DNA of 64,000 nt from Chloropicon primus (taxonomy: Eukaryota), in the NCBI GenBank assembly GCA_023205875.1, contig CP060754.1, positions 1,612,001 through 1,676,000 on the forward strand, written 5' to 3'. The notes beneath the pieces are model-generated. The model was not told where the DNA came from. It did not search any database and saw only the letters and a program-made list of their open reading frames with translations. Position 1 is the first letter of the stretch, and every line of letters starts with the position of its first letter. Positions 40,668 through 52,056 of this stretch are shown one piece after another. The position numbers and the translations under genes were made by a program.

Positions 40668-42664
40668 TCACACCTCGTCTTTCAGGCAGCCCTCGATGAG
40701 CTCGTTCGTACAATTGAGCTGGAGTTCGTTGAGGCTGTTCACCGTCTTGTAGACCCTCTCCCTCTTCTCCTTCTCCTCCAAGAAAGTGCTCTTCCTCTCC
40801 CTCAAGCTGATTTGACTGCGAACGAAGTCCAAGCTGCTCCTGCTCCTGCTTGCGTGGTTCCCGCCCGGCACCTCGTGGAAGGTCATCTGAAGGGGCTGCA
40901 GGTCTCCCTGCATCGTTTTCCACTTCGGCCTGAACGGGTGGTTGGGACTCATCCTCCTCTCGAGCGACCTCGGCAAGGACGGGGCACTGTGAAGGTTGAG
41001 CCTGTCCCGCTCGTAGTCCTTCCTGGCGCTCGCCAAGTCGAAGGACAGGTCCTCGCTCTGCTCGTGCTTCCCCGCGGGAGTCCTCAGGCCAGGGGAAGCG
41101 CTCCTCACCGTGGCTCGGCTTGAGGATCTCGTGGTGCGACCCTCCAAGTGCATTCTGTCGCCCCCACAATTTTTTGCCGATGGGCTTCCCCTCGTGGCCG
41201 GCCTCGTGCGCACGGAAGGCGTCCTAGAAGGCGGAGGCCGAGGGACGGTCGAGGGACGGATGGCGTTGGTGTTGAAGCCCCCGGTCCTCGAGGGGGACTC
41301 GGATGAGATGTGGTTAGGCATCCCAAATGGCGAAACTAGGTGTGCGATCTGACTGTCCTCCCCGGCCATGAACGCGTCCTCGCCCGTGCCCTTGCCCCCA
41401 ACGCCGCTGGCCTCGCTCGTGGACACCTCCTCGTGGACACAGCTTCTGCCACCCTCGTCCCTTTTCCCGTAAGACAGTATCTTCATCCCAAGATCCTTCC
41501 CGCCCTCTTCTTCGGCCTTGGCCTCGGGGTCACCTTTGTTCCGATCTCTCTTCGCTTTGGGCTTGGATGGCCTCCCGCCGACCTGCAAAGGCGCCGCGTT
41601 GATCCACCCGGCGCTGGAAAAGACGAAACCCCCACCGTACCTGTCAGGCCACTTGAACGACACCTTGAGCTCAGGAAACAGGTGAGTCTCCAAAAAATCG
41701 AGCCAAAAATATGCTTCACCCCTTGTGAAAAACGTGAAAAGCCAATCCATGGCAGACACGAGCCCCTTTTTCCTGAACATCGATTGAATCATCTCCCACT
41801 GCATGAGCATGCCGGAGAAGGTTTGACTCGCGAGATCCTCCACGACGTCCTTGAGGAAATCTTCGTACACAAGCTCTGCGCTCTCGATGTCCAGCGGTGA
41901 CTTGGGAATCGAAGAAGAAGCCTCCGCGCTCACTCGAGCAGCAGGGGCGTCCAAGTCCTCGCCCGGTGAAGAGGCCTCCACGAGATTCTCCCCCAGGTTT
42001 GGGGCCGAGGCCGGAACCCCCGCCGAGTCAAAGGAGGGGGATGGCCCGTAGTCCAGCATCGTGGACTCGGCGTCGAGCTTCTCCGAATCTTGAGTTTGGG
42101 CTGGCTCCCCGCCCGCCCTGGGTGACTGCGGTTGCGGTTGTGCCTCCGGTGTCACTGACTCTTGCTGCCTCTCTAACATCTCTTGCTTTTTCAGTGTGAT
42201 GTTCCTCTGCACGGTCTCGGCTTTGGCCTTCAGCTGCAAGATTCTCTTGGCGTGCCTCCTGTAGTTCCTCTGGATGCACCGGGCGGCCTTGTCCTTCATC
42301 TTGAGCGTCTTCTCCACCTTGTGCCGGCGCCAGGAACGCTGTATAATGGCTGCCTTGCCCTCTCTAACTCTCTGGACGCTCTCCAAGGCCTCGTGCTTTG
42401 GGAGGAAGAAAGTCGCAGAGAGAGAGACACACACACACAGAGAGAGAGAGAGAAAGGCATCATTCGGTCAGACGAATGCTGGAAGGGGGTTCGTTCGGTT
42501 TCATAGACGAAGACTTCTGTGGACTCTCAACTTACCAACACAACCACAGAGGATTTCCTCCTCATTCGGTCCAGGTGCTCCTGGGTGTCCTTCTCACTCA
42601 CGGAGGCTTCCGCATGCTCGACGACGCCATAGCGCCCGCCAGATGGCCCGTTCGACGATCTCAT
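40668..42664 (-). CDS. IQ-motif (calmodulin-binding) protein of unknown function; intron 42396-42535
   Basis: AAIIQRSWRRH and AARCIQRNYRRH; upstream exon MRSSNG...SSVVVL joined through GTAAGT...AAAG. Confidence 0.7.
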
Positions 42665-43071
42665 CGCGCCTGATCCCCCCCCCTTCGCTCTTCCCAGACG
42701 GGTTGAGTCCCTTGCGTTTTCAGAAAAACCTATGCAAACAAAACTGTGCTGCTGTTGGACATCGACCCTGCTTTCTTCCTTTACTACGCGCAAGATTCAC
42801 TCAAGAGACCATCTTTGAGCACGCACTGCCTCCTTTGTGGTGCCCCGGGACTCCAGCGCTCCGAATTGTTCTCCCGTGGTGCCCGTCTTCGTGGTGCCCG
42901 TCTTCACCTGCTGACTTCCTTGCCCCGATGATGTACGGCAAACCTTTCCTCCCAGCCAGGGGGAAACTTGGTTTGAAGAAAAAAATTGAGGAGAGGCCTG
43001 AAGGCAAGACAAAGAGTTGCCAATGGATGGTTGGAGGAGTGAGCATAACGCGTATACACCACAGCACGACA

Positions 43072-44397
43072 TTAAATTTTCACCAGTGGATTGACTTGGC
43101 TTGCCAAGCCTTGATCAAGCGAGACCATATTCACGGCGAGACTCAGGTCCTCGAAGCGTTTCTCGCACTGCTCATTCGCCCACGAAAGGAAGTACTGAAT
43201 TTTTTGAGCCAGCAATCGGAATGCTTGCTTTGCCTTTGCTTCGCGGGGACTGTGGTCCTGAGTTTTTCCCTTCGGCGCCCTGCTCCCGGCCTTCTTCTTC
43301 GCGGTGACCATGAAAACCCTGACTTCTTCTAACGCACAAAGCACCGCAGCCTTGCCACAACCTAGAACAGAAGAAACGTCCCCCGCGACACTGGCACAGT
43401 ACTTGGGCGTGCAGTCGTAACCCAAACCCGACTTTTGACTCAGGATCGACCCGATGCACCCGCTGATGGCCTGGTGGGCGCTCTTGGGCAGGACTGGGAC
43501 TCCAGTGCCCCCGGCATCTCGCTCGCCGCTCCCCTCGGTTTCCTTCTTCTCGGCACCAACCACCTTGTGCAGGCCAGTCAGCTGCATTTGGAGCACGTTG
43601 GATATCATGAAAACCTCTTCCCCGGCCTGGGCCCTGGCTTGGCCCGAGGAGAAGTGGCTGTTCCTCATCCGGTGCACGAAACAGTAGGCGTACAAGATGT
43701 CGACCAGGTGCCAGCACAGGTCTTCTGAGGGCGGTTTCCTCGTGAATTGGGACAGGGGCGGCAGCGATTTTGACGGCAAAGGCGGTACCAAGCCCGGTGA
43801 ATTGCCAGCGACTCCCCTTCCGGCCTCCGGCCCCTGGACCCCTCCTCCTCCTTCCGTGTCGTCTGCGACGACGAGGATCTTCACCAGACTCGTGCCGTCT
43901 GCCGAGCACCTCAAGTCAAGCGCTTCCCGGTTATGCCACCACGGCTCCTCCTCCCGAATCAAGTGGCTCAGCTCCCCCGCGAGGGCCGCCTTGCTAAAGC
44001 TCTGGAACTCCCCGCTGCCCATCAACTTCTGCAACTCCTTCAGATCAATGTCCTCGTCTCCTGCGTCCGCGCTGCGAGAGAACGCCTCACTCAAGGCCTC
44101 CACCGTCTCGTCGCTAAGCAGGTGCCGATAGGACTTCCCGTCCTCCCCCTCCTCCCCCTCCGAGGGCGAACCACTCGCAAGGGACGATTCATGCACTCGC
44201 TTCAGAATCTCCACCATCTCACCTTTCCCCTCGTCACTCACTCTCGTTCCCTTCAAGTCTTCTTCGACGCTCTCCCTGTAAAAGGCGTCGACGCAATTTG
44301 AGCTGTGCCCTCGGTAGCAGGCCAAGGTGCAGTACCTCGTCCCGCACCTGGGGCAAGCGTACCGTGCCCGCCCCTGCAGGCACACCTGGCACTCCAT
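43072..44397 (-). CDS. ZNHIT2: Zinc finger HIT domain-containing protein 2-like
   Basis: CQVC...YACPRCGTRYCTLACYRGHSSNCVDAFYRESV; PWW; LVDILYAYC; KIQYFLSWANE. Confidence 0.88.
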   Translation of the reverse strand: MECQVCLQGRARYACPRCGTRYCTLACYRGHSSNCVDAFYRESVEEDLKGTRVSDEGKGEMVEILKRVHESSLASGSPSEGEEGEDGKSYRHLLSDETVEALSEAFSRSADAGDEDIDLKELQKLMGSGEFQSFSKAALAGELSHLIREEEPWWHNREALDLRCSADGTSLVKILVVADDTEGGGGVQGPEAGRGVAGNSPGLVPPLPSKSLPPLSQFTRKPPSEDLCWHLVDILYAYCFVHRMRNSHFSSGQARAQAGEEVFMISNVLQMQLTGLHKVVGAEKKETEGSGERDAGGTGVPVLPKSAHQAISGCIGSILSQKSGLGYDCTPKYCASVAGDVSSVLGCGKAAVLCALEEVRVFMVTAKKKAGSRAPKGKTQDHSPREAKAKQAFRLLAQKIQYFLSWANEQCEKRFEDLSLAVNMVSLDQGLASQVNPLVKI

Positions 44398-44510
44398 GGC
44401 CTGGCCTCCACAAGGAAGTCTGCTTTTTCTCTGGCACAAGGAAAATCGATCGGTTGGAAAGCCGTGGAGGAGGAGTTTATGTTTTAATCAGACTCTCGTG
44501 AATCAAAGGA

Positions 44511-46514
44511 TTAGGCCTCGCTCGTCTCTTCTCTGATTTCCATCAAAATCGTTCCCAGCCAGTTGAGACCCGAGCCGTCGAAACCTTCGCCCCAAAAAGA
44601 GTCTCGGGGCGAGTACTCGATAAGTCTGCAAGCGGGGAGACCCTCGACGCAGGTGGACTGTAGGAGGCGCCAAGCTGGGGTGCCCACGGCGAACTTCACC
44701 CTGAGGGCCTTCCCCATGATTCCAAGCTTGGCTTCATCCCAGTCCTGCCTCACGAGGTTGGGGTTTGAGGCCTGCATCTTCCTGCCTACCCTGGCGGCCT
44801 CCTCCGCGCTGCTCTGGGCTGCGATCTCCTTCATCACAAGGCCGGCCTCGATGGAACAAGAGTTCGAGAACTTCATCGCCTGGTAGTAGTGCTCCGCGCT
44901 CTTCCACACGTCGCCATCCAATTCCAAAGGAACACAGAAGAAGTTCGAAAGCAGGCCATACTCGTTCCAGGCCTTGTAGAACCTCACAGCCATACCCTCC
45001 TCCTCGTCATCGGTCGGGGGACCGGGGCACTGGTGGTGGGGCTTGGGGAGGTCGTAGGCTTCCTTCGCCAGGTGAAACAGGCTCTTTGTGACCGGGAGGT
45101 AGCCCACCGCCAGAACATCTTGGTCCACTTGCTGGTAGGTGACATCGGTGACGTCCAGGGCATCCGTCATTTTCGTCAGCCCAAGGGCATCGCCCACGGG
45201 GGTTGGGGCGCCCGTGCCCCCGATGATTTTCGGGGCAACGAAGGCCATCACCTTGTTGATCACGCCCTCGGAGATTGCAGGAGCGGCCATCACGCCCCCG
45301 CACTCCCACAGCGCCCTCATGAAGCCCCTATCGTACAAGTGGTCCACGACCTTCCCCAGGTCGAGGCCCTCAATTTCGATCACCTCGACCCCCTTCTTCC
45401 TGAGCTTGCCCTGAAGCTCGGGGTTCACGCCCTCCTCGGTGATCACGAGGGTTGGCCCCCCCCGAGCGTCCCACAAGTTGCACTCCAAAGGAAGGTCCAT
45501 GGATCTGGTAACCACAACCCGAGTCGGGACGTGCCCCTCGTCCCTCCTGGTGGTGAGTCTGGGATTATCGCTCCTTGCGGTCTCTCCGCCGACCACGACG
45601 CAGTCGCAGATAGCCCTCTGCTGGTACACGAGCTGCCTCGACTGGGTCCCGCTGATCCAAGCCGAGTGGCCGGACTCGCTGGCCGTCTTCCCATCGAAAG
45701 TCATGGCGTACTTCAGGACGCAGAGGGGCCGCCCCCTCGCCACGCAGTGCAGCAAGTTCTCGTTCGTCTCCAAGCAGACCTTGAGAGTCCTGACCAGCTC
45801 TTCCTCGAGCGCGTCAAAGGAGCTCTCGCTCAGCAGCAGGCCCTTCTGCTCCAGATCTTGGGTCTGGCTCGCGAGGTGAGACCTCAGGCAGTCCGCTTGG
45901 ACCCCCGCCCCCCTCAGCGCCGCGATAGCCTGACCCTTCAAGTGAGGCAACGGGTTCTCCATGCCGACGACGACCCTTCTCACCCCCGCGTCTACGATCG
46001 CATCCACGGCCTCCTCGAGGCCAAGAGAGTAGCTCGGCTCCAGATTCACGTAGAGGGTGGAGCCTTTGCACCTGTCCTCGCCGGCCAGTGCCACCGCCTG
46101 GAGCTCCGCTGGCTCTGTCCCGCTGGCGTACTGGAACGTTTCGGCCACCACCTTGTTCTTCTTGGTCACGATGACGCAGCCCGAGAAGGGGAAGGGCGCT
46201 ACTTCTCCCATGGTGGACTTGGAGAGCAGGCAAGCCCTCCTCAGCATCACCATGTCCCTCCTGTGGAAGCTGGCCCGGTCCATCTCCCCGGGAGCTCCCA
46301 GCGGTATCACCTTCCCCGAGTACTCCCTCCCACCCTCCCCCAAGGACGACGGCGAGCGTCCCACGGAGTCGCTCCTGCTGCCGGACGTCCTCACGCGCGA
46401 AGTCCGCGGCCTCTGACCGCACCGGGCCGCGCGCACCCCTCCCGCCGGCCTCGAACAACAAGGGCGGAGACCCTCTCGCACCCTGCTCGCTGGACCCCCT
46501 CTCGTCCGCTCCAT
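44511..46514 (-). CDS. PYRR: Riboflavin biosynthesis protein PyrR (inactive deaminase-like domain, pyrimidine reductase and NADAR/COG3236 N-glycosidase), plastid
   Basis: Deaminase-like domain lacks the Zn ligands (PAE, NLEPS); LKYAMTFDGK, DNPRLTTR, LWECGG; C-terminal LSNF, SAEHYYQAMKF, SPRDSFWG, NWLGTILMEIR. Confidence 0.93.
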   Translation of the reverse strand: MERTRGGPASRVREGLRPCCSRPAGGVRAARCGQRPRTSRVRTSGSRSDSVGRSPSSLGEGGREYSGKVIPLGAPGEMDRASFHRRDMVMLRRACLLSKSTMGEVAPFPFSGCVIVTKKNKVVAETFQYASGTEPAELQAVALAGEDRCKGSTLYVNLEPSYSLGLEEAVDAIVDAGVRRVVVGMENPLPHLKGQAIAALRGAGVQADCLRSHLASQTQDLEQKGLLLSESSFDALEEELVRTLKVCLETNENLLHCVARGRPLCVLKYAMTFDGKTASESGHSAWISGTQSRQLVYQQRAICDCVVVGGETARSDNPRLTTRRDEGHVPTRVVVTRSMDLPLECNLWDARGGPTLVITEEGVNPELQGKLRKKGVEVIEIEGLDLGKVVDHLYDRGFMRALWECGGVMAAPAISEGVINKVMAFVAPKIIGGTGAPTPVGDALGLTKMTDALDVTDVTYQQVDQDVLAVGYLPVTKSLFHLAKEAYDLPKPHHQCPGPPTDDEEEGMAVRFYKAWNEYGLLSNFFCVPLELDGDVWKSAEHYYQAMKFSNSCSIEAGLVMKEIAAQSSAEEAARVGRKMQASNPNLVRQDWDEAKLGIMGKALRVKFAVGTPAWRLLQSTCVEGLPACRLIEYSPRDSFWGEGFDGSGLNWLGTILMEIREETSEA

Positions 46515-46742
46515 CAAGGCTAAAATCTTTCCCAGGCCACCCTTTCCTTCGAGCGATGGTTCTTTCGAAAGAACAACAGACGACGCTTCCGCCTGCACCG
46601 CCTCCCGGGCCTCTCCCCCCCGCCTCTCACGCGTCTCCCTCTCCCTCGGCTCGTCTCTCCCACGCACCGAACGCGTCCGCCGATCGAAGGCGTCGCCGCT
46701 CTGCAGAGAAAGGGCGCGAGATGATCAGATCTTTGATGGGCG

Positions 46743-48436
46743 ATGGCGAGCGCGGGAGGGAAGGCGATGGAGGTGGTGACGGTGGCGCTGGGCGGGGGAG
46801 CGAACCACGTGGGTTCGCACCTGTGGAACCTAGTGATGGCGGAGGCCGAGGTGGAGGGGTCGAGCGGGGGTGCGGGAGGGAAGGGAAGGGGAAGCCAGGA
46901 CTTTGGGGTGCTGCTGAGGGAGAGGAAGGGGGGGGAGAGGCAGCCCCGCGTGGCTTGCTTTGACTTGTCGGGGACCGTGAGCACGAGTTACGGGAGCAGG
47001 AGCGCCAAGGAGGAGGGCGTGGCGGAGACTTGGAGCAGCGACAGGGTTCACAACAGCCTCCCGGACGACTCGGGAGACGGGTCATCTCAGGAACCCTTGA
47101 AGTGGGACGAGTACATGTACTGGGGGCAGCAAGGGAGCTGGAGGAGCGAGCTCATCACGTGCTTTCCTGGCACTTGGATCGGGGTCAATGCCTTCGACTG
47201 CTACGGCGACGGAATCGACTTGTTCTCCAGGGAGGACGTCAGAGACACCGCTTTCGACAAGATCAGGCACCTGGTGGAGGACTGCGATTACCTGCAGGTG
47301 GGTTTTTCTCTTTCTCTTTTTCAGCGGGATCGGCAACGGGGCGGAGACGACTTTGCTCCCCGCCCCACTTTTGCTGACGCAAGACGCGGATCCCTCTCTC
47401 TCTCTCTCTCTCTCCGCTTGGCGAGCAGGGGTTCCAAATTCTGGCGGACGACTTGTCGGGGTTTGGCCACATCTGCAGCGAGGTGCTCCTGTACGTCAAG
47501 GACGAGGTGACGGACAGCAGGCCGCTCGCCGTGGTTGGCCTGAGGGACGCCTTCGCGCAGAACTACGCCGTGCAATCCAACAGGAGCGACGCGAAGAGGG
47601 CGGCTCTCGACTGCATCAACAGGGCTTGGGCGACCTGCAAGATCTCGGAGGCGAGCGACATTCACGTCGTTCTCGACCAGTGCTGGAAGCCCGCCCCGCT
47701 GTACGACGCGTCCGCCTTGGGGGCCTGCCTGGTCGACAGCTTGACCCTCGGGTGCAGGCTCCGCGGGGCCCAGAACGTGGGCTCCCTGAGGGACATCGCC
47801 ATGCACCTGAACCCGAGGGGCCGGAGGTGCGCCCTGACGTCCTGCGCGTTCGGCTTGAGGAGGCCCTTCGGGGGCGGGCCCAAGCTCGAGCTCAGATCTG
47901 CGAGCAGCCTGTGCCCGACCTCGTGCTTGCACGGCCAGGGCGCACACTCGGAGTACTACGTGCTGAGGGGGGTGGAGAAGGGCGGCGAGGGGGCCAGCGG
48001 CAACGAGGTCGTCCGGACGGTCGAGGAGGCTCGGGACTGGCTCATCTCCCGCTGGGAGGACGGCGACGAGGCGGCCGAGCCCGCGAGGAAGGTGGGGCTT
48101 TGCCCGAGAATGTTCGTGCCCGACCCGCGGCCCCTGCCCCTGCCGTTCAACTTCCCCACCGAGGGCCTCTTCCCGGGGGATCCGCCGCCGAGCGTCTCCT
48201 CCGTGGTCCAGTTCGGGACGAGCGACGTCGCGGGCCGCGAGCTCGCCGGCCTGTGCAGGGACTTCAAGCGAACCTGCGTCAAGCCAGGGTCGCCGTCCGT
48301 CAGCAGCATGCTGGAGGCCTGGGAGCTCGGGAGGGAGGACTGCGAGGAGATGGCGGAGACCCTGGAGATGCTGAGGGACGAGGTCTCAGCCGGAGCTCAC
48401 GACGACTACAGCAGCGAAGGAGAAGAGCAAGACTAG
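46743..48436 (+). CDS. MSTO1: Misato/DML1 tubulin-FtsZ-like protein; intron 47298-47428
   Basis: EVVTVALGGGANHVGSHLWN, PRVACFDLSG, DKIRHLVEDCDYLQ|GFQILADDLSGFG, PLPLPFNFP. Confidence 0.88.
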
Positions 48437-48999
48437 ACTCAGAAGAAATACTGGTGGTTCTGGTGCTGTTGAGGAAGAAGAAGAAGAAAACGACGGGCAT
48501 TTTTGCGGTTTTACTTATTTATTATTGGAAAAAGTCATTATTTTTACTAAAGCCTCGTCCTGTCGTTCGCTTCGAAGAAAGATCCCAACTTTCTTCTTCT
48601 TCTACTTCTCCGTGGGGTGGACCAGGAGGAGGAAAAAGGGGGAAAAAAGTTCCTCCCCACCACCTCTTCTTGCGCCATTAACAACCTCCTTCCTTCTCTC
48701 CAACCTCCTTCCTTTCGTTCACACCCAATTCTTCCTCCGTCCATCTCCGACCATCCGATAAAAAAGCGTTACAGAGAAATTCGCCCCTCCTCCTCGAGCT
48801 GTCGCACGCCTTCCTTGACGGGCGGGAGGCGGAGAGGCAGACCCAAGTGCGCCCGGCATTCGCGCAGACTGAGGAGGAATCGGGCGGGCATTAGGGTGCG
48901 ACGCCATATTGATTCGCGGCGCGGTCGGGACTTGGGATCGTTCACTTGCTGCTCTCCCACGCGCGCGCGCCCACGCAGTTTGCTTCCAAGAAAACCAGG

Positions 49000-50742
49000 A
49001 TGGGCAGCGGGCCAAGCCGGCCCCCCTCCCCCTCAGGGGGCCCGTCGTCGTCGTTGTCGTCGCTGAGGTCGATGAGCAGCAGTTCATTCCGCGACGAGAC
49101 CTCCTCGTGGGTTTTGTCGAGCCACGGCGGCAGCAGCAGGAGCAGCAGCGAGGAGTGCGACTGGATGTACTCGAGCGAGTCCCTGCAGGAGACGCTGGCC
49201 ACGCTCGACCGGATGGGCCTGAGGGGGATGTGCAAGGTCTCCCTGGGCATCAGCTTTGGGAATACGAATGCGACCCTGAACGGGGAAAAGTGTTTCGGGG
49301 GCCGGAGCCTCCACGCCGTCCACCCGAGGTGCAAGACCGTGACCCCGTACGAGGAGGTCCTCGTGTGCTTGAGCCGCTCGCTCGGGGCCCTGACGCGCCC
49401 GGGCAGCATCCGGGCGTTCGGGTTCGGGGACGGCGCCGGGTGCGCCCCAACGGCGCCGAGGCTTTCCTGCTTCCCGTTCCTGAAGAGCGAGAGGAGGTGC
49501 GAGGACTTTGACGAGGTCCACCGGCGGTATCGGTTCCTCGCGAGCCACGTGACGCCCGGCGAGCGGTCGTCCATCGCCCCGGTGATCTACAACGCGATCA
49601 ACCAGATCGAGGCGGACGGCGGGTTCCAGTACAGCGTTCTCGTGATCGTCTCTGACGCCCCGTACTGCGACGGCTTTCGCGGGGCCAAGGCAGCGGGAGC
49701 GGGGGAGCCGGCCTCCGTGACTCTGCTGCGCCAGTTCTCCCGCAAGGGCAGCAAGATCGGGGGCGGCCGATCCCGCGGCCGACCAGAGCCGGTCGGGGGG
49801 AGCCCAGAGACCGAGGAGGACATCGAGAGGGCGGTCGTGGAGGCGTCCAGGTACCCGCTGTCGATCATCTTCGTGGGCGTCGGGGACGACGTGGGCGGCA
49901 AGTTCTCGAGAATGGCCCAGAGGCTCTCCGACCCGAAGTGGCTCTTGCCCGGCCAGCTCTTCAGCAACTTTGGGTTCATCGATTACGACCGGTGCATGTC
50001 GAGCACAAGGAACTTCGAGGCGAGGCAGGTGCCGTTCGTTCACCAGATGCTCAAGCACATTGCCGCCCACCACGCGGCCATACAGGAGCTCTACCACGAG
50101 ATGCTCCACGCGTACCAGAGGAAATGCTTCGCGAGGCGGTCGTCGTCGCTTGGCTCGGAGCTCGCTTACGGCGACGTTCTTCGCGAGATGCCGAGGGAGG
50201 TGGTGGAGGCGGATAGGTTGTACAAGAAGAAGTTCTCCCCCCTGCACGCCCACATCAACAAGTCTGTGACGAGAATCGGGGAGCGAGAGACCCTGGAGGC
50301 GGACGCCCTGAGCATGATTCACGGCAACGCAAGGAGCGTGTGGCACAGCGAGGCCCCGCTCGGCGCTTCCATGGAGGAAGAGATGGAGGCGCGGCTGCAG
50401 CAGCATGTTCTGGGCCGAGCGGGGGACTCCCTCCCCTCGGCGCCCATGTTGCTCGAGCGGTGCGACCACGGCGAGGAGCGCAGCCCCGGGTGCGGTGCGC
50501 GGGCGGTCAAGAGGAGAATCTCGATCCCTCCCATCTACGTCTGCCCCATCACCCAGGGCATGATGAGAGATCCCGTCATCGCCGAGGACGGTTACACGTA
50601 CGAGAGGGAAGCGATCACGGAGTGGGTTCGCCGCTCCGCGAGGTCCCCCATGACAAACACAAAGATGAAGGAGGCAAAGAGGCTCATCCCGAACCACGCC
50701 TTGAGGTCCGCCATCAGCGAGTGGTGCCAAAAGCACGGGTAG
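49000..50742 (+). CDS. Copine/vWA-like (RGLG-type) domain plus C-terminal U-box E3 ubiquitin ligase
   Basis: Myristoylation-type start MGSGPS; FGGRSLH, TPYEEV, IRAFGFGD, ASRYPLSIIFVGVGD; U-box IPPIYVCPITQGMMRDPVIAEDGYTYEREAITEW...SPMTN...LIPNHALRSAI. Confidence 0.85.
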   Translation: MGSGPSRPPSPSGGPSSSLSSLRSMSSSSFRDETSSWVLSSHGGSSRSSSEECDWMYSSESLQETLATLDRMGLRGMCKVSLGISFGNTNATLNGEKCFGGRSLHAVHPRCKTVTPYEEVLVCLSRSLGALTRPGSIRAFGFGDGAGCAPTAPRLSCFPFLKSERRCEDFDEVHRRYRFLASHVTPGERSSIAPVIYNAINQIEADGGFQYSVLVIVSDAPYCDGFRGAKAAGAGEPASVTLLRQFSRKGSKIGGGRSRGRPEPVGGSPETEEDIERAVVEASRYPLSIIFVGVGDDVGGKFSRMAQRLSDPKWLLPGQLFSNFGFIDYDRCMSSTRNFEARQVPFVHQMLKHIAAHHAAIQELYHEMLHAYQRKCFARRSSSLGSELAYGDVLREMPREVVEADRLYKKKFSPLHAHINKSVTRIGERETLEADALSMIHGNARSVWHSEAPLGASMEEEMEARLQQHVLGRAGDSLPSAPMLLERCDHGEERSPGCGARAVKRRISIPPIYVCPITQGMMRDPVIAEDGYTYEREAITEWVRRSARSPMTNTKMKEAKRLIPNHALRSAISEWCQKHG

Positions 50743-50898
50743 CAGCAGAGCATCATCAGGAAGGGGGGGACTCCAAACACCAAGACTCATTCATAATCAC
50801 CATCATCATCAATCCTTGATACCAGTTTCCAGCGTCCTCTGATTTATTTTTTTCGAACCAGAAGAGAGAGGTCTGGGTCGATCGATCGAGAGACCACG

Positions 50899-51881
50899 AT
50901 GAACACGCTCAAGGGAACGGACGGAGGGCCGCACACGGGGGTGAGTCACGAGTAGACACGGGCCAAACACGATGCGCATCACGAGAAAGGACGCCTTCTT
51001 TCCCTCCGCTCTCTACCCTCTCTTCTTCAAAGCAAGATCGAAAAACGACGACGACGATCTTTTTTTTTGGGGGGGGTTGTTTGTTTGTTTTTCTTTGCCT
51101 GCTTCGCCTCCGTCGTCGCCCACCGTCTCTAGGTTCGCCCACTGACCTCTTCGTTGCATGTTCTTGGTCCCATTGGGCTTTCTCTCTCCGTTCGTCTCGC
51201 CTCGTTTGTGTTTGGATGATCGATCCCGACGTGCAGACCACGATCGTGGCAGTGGCCTACGACGGAGGTGTTGTGCTGGGCGCGGACTCAAGGGTTAGCA
51301 CGGGCACTTACGTGTCCAACAGAGCCTCAAATAAGATCACGAGCCTGTGCGACAAGGTCTTCCTTTGCAGGTCTGGTTCAGCGGCTCACACCGAGGCCAT
51401 ATCGGACTACGTTCGCTTCTACACCTCGCAGCACGCCTCGGAGATTGGCCAGGGCAAAGAGCCCACGGTGAAGTCTGTTGCGAGTATCTTGAAGCAGATG
51501 AGCTACAGCAACAAGGGTCTCATGGCCGCGATGATTGTGGCGGGCTACGACAAGAAGATGGGCGGCCAGGTTTTCGGCAGCCCGATAGGCGGCACCATGG
51601 TGGAGATGCCCTGGGCCATCGAAGGCAGCGGAAGCACTTACATTTGGAGCTTCTTTGACGACGAGTACAAGGAGGGCATGAGCAGGGAGGAGACCGAGAG
51701 GCTGGTCCTGGAGGGAATCGCCCACGCTATGGCGAGGGACGGTTCCAGTGGCGGCCTCGTCCGGCTCGTGACCGTGGATAAGGATGGGGCCAAGAGCCAA
51801 GTCTTCCAGGGAAAGGACGTCCCGATGATCTTGGGGGACATGGCGGAGCCAAAATCGAACGCGGCGACTGTGGTTTGGTGA
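50899..51881 (+). CDS. PBA1: 20S proteasome beta1 subunit (PSMB6/PBA1); intron 50941-51236
   Basis: Exon 1 MNTLKGTDGGPHTG then GTGAGT...GCAG, then TTIVAVAYDGGVVLGADSR, CRSGSAA, GSGS, RDGSSGG. Confidence 0.95.
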
Positions 51882-52056
51882 AGGGCCGCCCTTGAGATGA
51901 TACGGCGGCGACGCAAAGAGGTTGTAGAGTTACTATGATGATGTGTAATAAAAGGTTTGCTGACAGCGGAAAGAGAGAGAGGGAGAGGGAGAGGGAGAGA
52001 GAGAGAAAGGAAAAAAAGGCCCCCCTCCTCTCGGCTGCTCACCGCGGTCCCCGGGC

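Noticed and set aside
44511..46514. Reductase-NADAR fusion with a dead deaminase domain as a novelty
   Set aside because: This is the established plant/algal PyrR architecture.
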